64,000 nt of DNA from Deltaproteobacteria bacterium (lineage in GTDB: Bacteria > Myxococcota > Myxococcia > SLRQ01): assembly GCA_029210625.1 (NCBI GenBank), contig JARGFU010000007.1, forward strand, positions 27,742 to 91,741, written 5' to 3'. Positions within the stretch are counted from its first letter, which is position 1. Each line of letters opens with the position of its first letter. Under the pieces are notes generated by a model. It worked only from the letters and a program-made list of their open reading frames with translations, was not told where the DNA came from and ran no database searches. Shown here piece after piece: positions 57,431-64,000 of the stretch. The translations under genes and the position numbers were made by a program.

Positions 57431-57937
57431 ATGAGCTTCTCCAAGCGATTCGTGGCCCTGCTGCTCTTCTCGGGGCTGCTCCTCGGGGCCGGCAGCGACG
57501 CCGGCTCCTCGGCCTTCTTCGTCCACGAGGTGAAGGCGCACCTGATGCCCCGCACCTCCCGCTTCGGCAAGCCGGTGAAGGTGCTGGGGCTGGGCACGAA
57601 GCTGACCCTCGTCGACGACAGCCAGGCCGACGGCGGCTGGCTGAAGGTCCGCACCGAGGACGGCGCCGAGGGCTTCATCCCCCTCCAGGCGGTGACCCAC
57701 GGGGATCGGCAGCTGCGCGCGGGGAGCTCCGCCGGCGCCGACAAGGTCCACCGCGGCTCGGTGCAGCTGGCCGCCCGCGGCTTCTCGCAGGACGTCGAGC
57801 AGGAGAGCCGCAAGGCGCACCCCGAGCTGGACTACACCCTGGTGGACGCCATCGAGGCCAGCGGCCCCGGGCCCGAGCTGGTCACCCGGCACGCCGAGGA
57901 AGGCGGCCTGCGCCTCGAGGCGGAGGTGGCGCGATGA
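57431..57937 (+). CDS. Hypothetical secreted protein with SH3b-like domain
   Basis: The product has a signal peptide and the segment KVLGLGTKLTLVDDSQADGGWLKVRTEDGAEGFIPLQAV. Confidence 0.45.
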   Translation: MSFSKRFVALLLFSGLLLGAGSDAGSSAFFVHEVKAHLMPRTSRFGKPVKVLGLGTKLTLVDDSQADGGWLKVRTEDGAEGFIPLQAVTHGDRQLRAGSSAGADKVHRGSVQLAARGFSQDVEQESRKAHPELDYTLVDAIEASGPGPELVTRHAEEGGLRLEAEVAR

Positions 57938-59016
57938 GAAGGCCTCACCCGATCCACCTCGCCCTGGCCGCCTTCACGATGGTCTTCCTCCTGGGGGCGT
58001 CTCCCTGCGGCACCATGGGGTCGCAGATCCGCAACAACATCCAGCAGGCCGAGCGGAACCTGAGGATCAACAGCGCGCAGGACATCCGCCGCGTCGGCCA
58101 GCGGATCACCTCGGCGACCAAGCACCTCGACGCGGCCCTGCAGAAGCACCTGCCGGCCCTGAAGAAGGGCCTGGACCACCCGGCGGCCACCGAGCTCACC
58201 CCGGAGCAGGAGTACTACCTGGGCCGGACCGTCTGCGCGCAGATCCTGGCCGAGCGCTTCGAGAACCGGGTCGTGGCCGTGAAGGGCAAGGGCCGCGAGG
58301 CCACCGGCAGCGCCGACCTCCACTACCTGCAGGCCATCGCCAACGCCCTGGTGCCGGCCGCCGAGCGATCGCACCTCGACGCCCTGCCCCCCGAGCGGAT
58401 CCCCACCGCCCTGCGGGTGGCGGTGGTGCCGGGCGACGCCCCCAACGCCTACGCCACCCCCGGCGGCTTCGTCGTGGTCACCTCGGGGATGCTCTCCCTG
58501 GCCGAGAACGAGGACGAGCTCGCCGCGGTGCTGGCCCACGAGCTCTCCCACGTGACCCTGGCCCACGGCCTCTCGGCCATCGACAAGGCCGAGGCCCCCC
58601 TGCTCAAGCGGATCGGGCGGGGCGCCGAGGCCCTCGGGACCTCGATGGGGGTGGATCTGAGCGAGCTGACCCAGGCCTTCGACAAGTTCACCGGCGCCAT
58701 CTCGGCGAAGCTCACCAAGGGCTACGACGCCGACTACGAGTTCGCCGCCGACGCCCGGGCCGCCAGCATCCTGGAGGAGGCGGGCTACGACCCCTCGGCG
58801 CTGCCCCGGATCGTCGATCGCCTCGGCAGCTGGCTCGAGGCCAACGGTCAGAAGGGCTTCGGCGAGACCCACCCCTCCCCCAAGGACCGCCTGGCCCGGC
58901 TGGGTGAGGTGCCCGTCGTGCCCGGCGCCGAGGGTCACCAGCGGGTGAGAGAGGTGCGCTTCGCCGCCCACACCCCCAAGCTGGTCCAGCAGGGCGCCCA
59001 GCTGGCGAGCCGCTAG
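57934..59016 (+). CDS. M48 family zinc metallopeptidase lipoprotein
   Basis: The product carries an HELSHV (HExxH) motif and a lipoprotein-type signal (LLGASPCG). It is ATGA-coupled to the upstream gene. Confidence 0.75.
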   Translation: MRRPHPIHLALAAFTMVFLLGASPCGTMGSQIRNNIQQAERNLRINSAQDIRRVGQRITSATKHLDAALQKHLPALKKGLDHPAATELTPEQEYYLGRTVCAQILAERFENRVVAVKGKGREATGSADLHYLQAIANALVPAAERSHLDALPPERIPTALRVAVVPGDAPNAYATPGGFVVVTSGMLSLAENEDELAAVLAHELSHVTLAHGLSAIDKAEAPLLKRIGRGAEALGTSMGVDLSELTQAFDKFTGAISAKLTKGYDADYEFAADARAASILEEAGYDPSALPRIVDRLGSWLEANGQKGFGETHPSPKDRLARLGEVPVVPGAEGHQRVREVRFAAHTPKLVQQGAQLASR

Positions 59017-59039
59017 GGGAAGACCGCGAGGGCCAGGCG

Positions 59040-59840
59040 ATGAAGCTCTGGATCGGGGGCAAGGTCACCGGGGCCGCGGTCGGGATGGCCGTGGGGGGGC
59101 CGGTGGGCGCGCTGGTCGGCCTGGCCGTCGGCCACGCCCTCGATCACTTCACCAAGCCCGAGGACGTGGACGAGCTGCTGCGTCAGGAGCGTCAGGAGCG
59201 GCAGCAGCGCGCGCCGCTGCCCGCCGGGGAGAGCGCGAGCGACCGCGAGGCGCGGCTGCAGTTCACCACCCACCTGGTGGCCCTCTTCGCCGCCGTGGCC
59301 CAGGCCGACGGCAACGTGCGCCGGGAGGAGGTCCGCACCATCCGGAGCTTCTTCTCCGACCGGCTCCACATCTCCGGGAAGGATCTGGAGTTCGTCCGGC
59401 TGCTGCTCAAGAAGGCGCTGCGGGACCCGGTGGACGTCGAGGCCGCCGCCCGGACCTACAAGGCGGCCTCCACCGGCGCCGACCGGATGCTCTTCGTCCA
59501 GGCCCTCTACGAGATGGTCTGCGACCGGGGGGAGCCCAACCCGGCCCAGCAGAAGATGATCAACCAGATCGTGGTGGCCCTCGACCTCTCCGAGGCCGAC
59601 CACCACACGATCCGCTCGATCTACTTCTCGGTCCCCGGCCTCGACGAGGACTACGCCCTCCTGGGGCTCCCCGAGGGCTGCGGCGACGATGACCTCAAGC
59701 GGGCCTTCCGCACCCTGGCCGCCAAGCACCACCCGGACAAGGTGACCCACCTGGGCACCGACGCGGTCGCCATGGCCGGCAAGCGCTTCGCCGAGATCAA
59801 GGGGGCCTACGACCGGATCCGGGCCGCCAGGGGCCTTTGA
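59040..59840 (+). CDS. djlA: Co-chaperone DjlA (TerB-like domain + C-terminal J domain)
   Basis: The product has an N-terminal TM segment, a TerB-like middle region, and a C-terminal J domain (DYALLGL...HHPDK). Confidence 0.8.
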   Translation: MKLWIGGKVTGAAVGMAVGGPVGALVGLAVGHALDHFTKPEDVDELLRQERQERQQRAPLPAGESASDREARLQFTTHLVALFAAVAQADGNVRREEVRTIRSFFSDRLHISGKDLEFVRLLLKKALRDPVDVEAAARTYKAASTGADRMLFVQALYEMVCDRGEPNPAQQKMINQIVVALDLSEADHHTIRSIYFSVPGLDEDYALLGLPEGCGDDDLKRAFRTLAAKHHPDKVTHLGTDAVAMAGKRFAEIKGAYDRIRAARGL

Positions 59841-59886
59841 GCCCGGGCCGCATGTGATATTGCGCCTGCCCCAGGAGGGGAGACTC

Positions 59887-62800
59887 ATGAAGACCCATTT
59901 CGTTCTGTGGCCGATGCTCGTCCTGCTGGCCGTCTCCGGCTGCAACTGCGGCAAGGGAGAGGGTGACAACGACGGTGGCTCCACCGCCGTCGATCCCACG
60001 CGCTCGACCGTGGTGGCGACCTCGCCGGTCCCCGCGGACGGCACCAGCACTTCGGAGGTGACCGTCACCCTCCTCGACGCCGAGGGCAACCCGGTGGCGG
60101 GCGTGAGCGTGACCCTGGCCTCCGACCGGGCCGGTGACACGGTGAGCGATCCGGCCGCCGCCTCGGACGCCTCGGGCGTGGCCGTGGGCAGCGTCGCCTC
60201 CACCGAGGTGGGGGACGCGGTGATCACCGCCAGCGCCGGAGGCCAGGTCCTCGGGCAGACGGCAACCGTCACCTTCGAGGTCGTCGGCCCGACCTGCAAC
60301 GGGCAGCCCGTCGACACCGACACCGACCCCCTCCACTGCGGCCGCTGCGACAACGCCTGCCCCGCGGGCCTCAACGAGGAGGCCACCTGCGCCGGCGGCC
60401 AGTGCGGGACGACCTGCGCTGCGGGCTTCGACGACTGCAACCCGGCGGTGGACGGCTGCGAGGCCGACCTGACGAGCGCGGCGACCTGCGGCGACTGCGG
60501 CACCACCTGCCCCGACGGCGCCAACGCCACCGGCGCCTGTGTCGACCCCTCCACCTCCACCTGCGGCTACGACTGCGCCGCCGGCTGGGGGGACTGCGAT
60601 CCGGCGGTGGACGGCTGCGAGGTGCGGATCGACACCGCCGCCCGCTGCGGCGACTGCGCCACCGACTGCAACCTCCCGACCATCCTCAACGGGGTGGCCA
60701 CCTGCGCCGATCCCGCCACCGGCACCTGCGGGGTGAGCTGCGACGTGGGCTCGCAGAACTGCGACGGCGACCCCACCAACGGGTGCGAGCCGCTGACCTC
60801 GGCGGCGGCCTGCGGTAGCTGCGCGGTGACCTGCAACGACGAGCCCAACGCCAGCGGGATCTGCGTCGAGCCGACCACCGGCACCTGCGGGCTGGACTGC
60901 GATCCGGGCTACGCCGACTGCGATCTGGCCCAGGCCGGCTGCGAGACCGACACCGGCGTGGACATGAACCACTGCGGCGGCTGCAACCGGCCCTGCACGG
61001 TCTCCGGCGCCGAGGCCACCGCCACCTGCAGCAACTCCCTCTGCAGCCGGGGCTGCAACGGGGGCTTCGCCGACTGCAACCTCGACCTCGACGATCCCAC
61101 CGGAGACGGCTGCGAGACCGACCTCTCCACCGGCGACTGCGGGTGCAGCCTCTCGGCCACCGGGGCCACGGCGACCTGCCTGACGGGCGGCTCCGGAGCC
61201 CGCACCGTGATCTGGACGCAGCTGCGGGACGCCGGCGGCACGCCCGTGACCGGCGCCACCGTGACCATCGACAGCGCCGACCTCACCTGGCTGGGGCCGG
61301 TCACCGAGTCGAGCAGCGCCCCGGGCACCTACTTCCGCGAGGCCGAGCCCCTCGCGGCGACCGGCGCCGTCCAGGTCACCCTCACGGCCAGCTCCGCCAC
61401 CTGCGGCGCCAGCGCCCCGCTGCGGCCGGTCACCCTCGACATCGTCGACCCCGTCATCGACGCCGGCGCCACCGCGACCGGCGGCTGCGCGCTGCGGCAG
61501 ACCAACCTGCGGGTGAAGGTCGTCGCCGAGGAGGACGGCGCGCCCCTGGCCGGCGCCTTCGTGATGCTCGGCGAGGCGGTCGACGCCGCGGCCTTCCATG
61601 GCAGCTTCGAGGACACCCTCGCCGGCGCCGCCGGGACCCTGGGCAACACGGCCCTCACCGACGCCAACGGCTTCGCCACCTTCGTCGATCACGGCACGAT
61701 CGGGATGGAGGCGGTGAGCATCGTCAGCGCCGGCGCGGCGAACCGCGCCTACGTCTCCCTGGTGGGCATCGACGCCGGCGACGTCATCCTCTCTCTGCCC
61801 CAGCTGCCGCCCTATCCGACGCGGGTCTCCCTCGGAGGCAACGTCACCGGCGCCAGCTACCCGCTGGACAACGACGGCGTGGTGCAGACCGCGATGATCA
61901 TGCCGGTGCTGGACCTGGACTTCGTCGCGGCCTTCGATCTGAACCGGCTGCTCTCGGACGTCCGGAACCTCACCATCAGCTCTCTGGGCTTCTGCCGGGC
62001 CGACGGCCAGACCTTCCCCATCCCCGGGAACATCCACGTGCCGGATCAGGTCGAGCTCGGCGCCTGTCAGCTCGCCGGCGGTCACCCCTGGTACATCGAT
62101 CACCCCAGCGGCGGGCAGGTGGACCTGGTGGGCGTGCGGGCCGACGGCGACATCTTCAGCCTCCTGGGCCTCATCGGGGGCACCGGCACCGCCGAGGAGC
62201 TCCTGGCGCTGATGACCCCCTCCGCGGCCGGGATGATCACCGGGGTCTCCGCCGCCTCGAATCAGACCAACCTCACCATCCCGCTGACCGAGACGGTGAC
62301 CGAGACCATGCCGGTGGACATCCAGGGCGCGCCCCTGGGCACCCTCTACGCCCTGGCCCTGGCCGACCTCGACGGGGCCAACGGCACCGGGCGGCTCTTC
62401 CTCGAGGGCTTCAAGGTCCAGCAGAACGCCACCGACCTCACGACGATGGTGGCCACCTCCGACGGCCTCTCCACCTTCGCCGGCAAGAGCGACCTCGGGG
62501 TGGGGCTCTCCACCGACGGCGCGGCGACCTCCATCGTGATGGATCGGACGACCCTCAACGCCACCAGCCCCCGCGTCTTCTCCGACTTCTTCCTCTATCC
62601 GGCCGGCGCGGCGGTCGGGCGCACCTTCAGCTGGAGCGACATCGCCGGCACGACCCCGGATCACCACTACAGCAAGTCGGTGCTGCGGCGGGTCTCGGCC
62701 CTCGGCGACTACGCCCGGCGCTACGAGCCCTTCTGGATCGTCTACACCGATCCGGGTCACCGCCTGCCCTCGGGCAGCCGTGGCTTCTCCCTGCCGACCC

Positions 62801-62997
62801 TGCCGGCGAGCGCCCCGCGGGGCTTCGACGGTGGCTACCTCGTGCCGGGCTTCAACCAGGTCAACCGCTGGCTCTTCTCCGGCTGGTACCTGGGCCTGAA
62901 CCCCAACGCTGCGGCCCTCGATCTGCGCAGCTTCACCTTCCAGAACAACACCCAGGAACTCACCCGGATCGTGAGTGAGTCCGTCGCGATGCCATGA
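59887..62997 (+). CDS. Large lipoprotein: Ig-like (Big_1-type) N-terminal domain, about 6 tandem Cys-rich ~45-aa repeats (Myxococcus cysteine-rich-repeat-like), large C-terminal domain
   Basis: The product has a lipobox (LLAVSGC). Its Cys-rich repeats follow the pattern HCG.C...CP.G.N....C..G.C...C..G..DC(N/D)....GCE.(D/L). The long minus-strand ORF 59797..63003 is its antisense. Confidence 0.7.
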   Translation: MKTHFVLWPMLVLLAVSGCNCGKGEGDNDGGSTAVDPTRSTVVATSPVPADGTSTSEVTVTLLDAEGNPVAGVSVTLASDRAGDTVSDPAAASDASGVAVGSVASTEVGDAVITASAGGQVLGQTATVTFEVVGPTCNGQPVDTDTDPLHCGRCDNACPAGLNEEATCAGGQCGTTCAAGFDDCNPAVDGCEADLTSAATCGDCGTTCPDGANATGACVDPSTSTCGYDCAAGWGDCDPAVDGCEVRIDTAARCGDCATDCNLPTILNGVATCADPATGTCGVSCDVGSQNCDGDPTNGCEPLTSAAACGSCAVTCNDEPNASGICVEPTTGTCGLDCDPGYADCDLAQAGCETDTGVDMNHCGGCNRPCTVSGAEATATCSNSLCSRGCNGGFADCNLDLDDPTGDGCETDLSTGDCGCSLSATGATATCLTGGSGARTVIWTQLRDAGGTPVTGATVTIDSADLTWLGPVTESSSAPGTYFREAEPLAATGAVQVTLTASSATCGASAPLRPVTLDIVDPVIDAGATATGGCALRQTNLRVKVVAEEDGAPLAGAFVMLGEAVDAAAFHGSFEDTLAGAAGTLGNTALTDANGFATFVDHGTIGMEAVSIVSAGAANRAYVSLVGIDAGDVILSLPQLPPYPTRVSLGGNVTGASYPLDNDGVVQTAMIMPVLDLDFVAAFDLNRLLSDVRNLTISSLGFCRADGQTFPIPGNIHVPDQVELGACQLAGGHPWYIDHPSGGQVDLVGVRADGDIFSLLGLIGGTGTAEELLALMTPSAAGMITGVSAASNQTNLTIPLTETVTETMPVDIQGAPLGTLYALALADLDGANGTGRLFLEGFKVQQNATDLTTMVATSDGLSTFAGKSDLGVGLSTDGAATSIVMDRTTLNATSPRVFSDFFLYPAGAAVGRTFSWSDIAGTTPDHHYSKSVLRRVSALGDYARRYEPFWIVYTDPGHRLPSGSRGFSLPTLPASAPRGFDGGYLVPGFNQVNRWLFSGWYLGLNPNAAALDLRSFTFQNNTQELTRIVSESVAMP

Positions 62998-63650
62998 CCA
63001 CACCCAAGCGCTTCATCGCCCTCGCCGGGAACATCGGGACCGGCAAGACCACCGCCGCCAAGATCCTCTCGCGAGAGCTGGGCTACGAGCTCTTCGACGA
63101 GCCGGTGATCGACAACCGCTTCCTGCGTCACTACTACGCCGACATGAAGCGGTGGTCCTTCACCCTCCAGCTGGAGTTCCTGATCCGGCGGGTGGAGCAC
63201 CACGAGCTGATCGCCACGGTGCCGAAGTCCTGCGTGCAGGACCGCACCCTCTACGAGGATCCGGAGATCTTCGCCAAGTACCTCCACGGCCTCGGCTACA
63301 TGACCGGCGACGAGCTCGATCTCTACTTCGAGTACTTCGACCGCCTGAGCCGCTCCCTCCACAAGCCGGACCTCGTGATCATGCTCCAGGGCGTGACGCC
63401 CACCGGGCTCCTCGATCGCATCAAGACCCGCGGCCGCAAGGAGGAGCAGGGCATCCCCGAGGACTTCCTCCAGGGCCTCTCCGGCTACTACCTCTCCTTC
63501 CCCATGGTCTGTAAGGAGAAGTACGGCCTGCCGGTGGTGAAGTTCGACGTCTCGGAGACCGACATCCGCAAGGGGCCGGGCCGCCAGGCCTTCCTGGACG
63601 CCGTGCAGAAGGGACTCGACGGGCTCGGCGGCCTGCGCAAGGTCAAGTAG
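62994..63650 (+). CDS. Deoxynucleoside kinase (dAK/dGK family)
   Basis: The product has a P-loop (AGNIGTGKTT), an ERS-like motif and a DRTLYED segment. It is ATGA-coupled to the upstream gene. Confidence 0.8.
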   Translation: MTTPKRFIALAGNIGTGKTTAAKILSRELGYELFDEPVIDNRFLRHYYADMKRWSFTLQLEFLIRRVEHHELIATVPKSCVQDRTLYEDPEIFAKYLHGLGYMTGDELDLYFEYFDRLSRSLHKPDLVIMLQGVTPTGLLDRIKTRGRKEEQGIPEDFLQGLSGYYLSFPMVCKEKYGLPVVKFDVSETDIRKGPGRQAFLDAVQKGLDGLGGLRKVK

Positions 63651-64000
63651 GCGCGTCGCCGCCCTCGGAGGCCTCGCTCGCCACCCAGGTGGCGAGGTCG
63701 TCCACCCAGTGGCCCACGGCCTTCAGGGCCGCCGAGGTCCGCTCCGGGGCGAAGTTGAAGCCCGCGGCCAGCGAGACCGCGCCCAGGATCAGGAGCAGCA
63801 CCCCCAGGCGCACCACGCGCCGCATGCGGGAGCGCAGGGTCTCGAGCTGCACCGAGACCTGCAGCAGGGCGCTGGCCTCGGCCAGGTCCTCCTCGTCCTC
63901 GGCCTGCGCCTCGAGCGCGATCTCCTCCTCCTCCTCCTCTTCCTCCTCCTCCTCCTCCTCGAGCTCGGGCTCCTCTTCCTCCTCCTCGTCCAGGCCCCGG
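63643..64000 (-). CDS. Hypothetical protein, C-terminal part; the gene continues beyond the right window edge
   Basis: An open frame runs to the window end. It has an extremely acidic poly-Glu stretch followed by a TM helix (VVRLGVLLLILGAVSLAAGF). Confidence 0.3.
   Translation of the reverse strand, partial: RGLDEEEEEEPELEEEEEEEEEEEEEIALEAQAEDEEDLAEASALLQVSVQLETLRSRMRRVVRLGVLLLILGAVSLAAGFNFAPERTSAALKAVGHWVDDLATWVASEASEGGDAPT

Noticed and set aside
59797-63003. 1,068-aa minus-strand ORF
   Set aside because: It is the antisense mirror of the Cys-rich lipoprotein gene (59887..62997 +). Its translation is Gly/Ala/Arg low-complexity sequence.

Overview
This is a high-GC (~70%) chromosomal window, most likely from a member of Myxococcota, because two proteins end in MYXO-CTERM-like sorting signals (Cys motif, hydrophobic helix, Arg cluster). 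About 48 protein-coding genes are densely packed on both strands. By eye I found no rRNA, tRNA, CRISPR array, transposase or integrase. Housekeeping genes include the 5' part of smc on the minus strand (running off the left edge), ettA, djlA and a deoxynucleoside kinase. Signalling genes include a GGDEF cyclase, an MCP, a CHASE2 adenylate cyclase, a sigma-54-dependent response regulator and a CheY-like receiver. Transport genes include a MATE pump, an APC permease fused to Usp domains, a sodium:solute symporter with its small subunit, and a split YeeE/YedE pair. Catabolic genes include a P5C dehydrogenase with a class-III aminotransferase, and a hydantoinase A/B pair with a metalloenzyme. The dominant feature is a 14.56-kb gene (29467..44028, minus strand) encoding a 4,853-aa secreted protein. 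It is built from 45 tandem FN3-like repeats of about 106 aa, each with two conserved Cys and one conserved Trp. Five of the repeats form copies of a 3-repeat super-unit. The protein ends in a MYXO-CTERM-like anchor and sits directly downstream of an orphan sigma-54-dependent response regulator. Other notable items are a small Cys-rich MYXO-CTERM protein mini-locus, a periplasmic PLD-like protein with a CBM20 module, a 24-bp inverted repeat bracketing 117 bp between two convergent genes, and a 106-bp AT-rich island. Many long ORFs in the six-frame track are antisense or out-of-frame artefacts of GC-rich coding sequence and were rejected. Starts that I re-derived by hand may be off by a few nucleotides.
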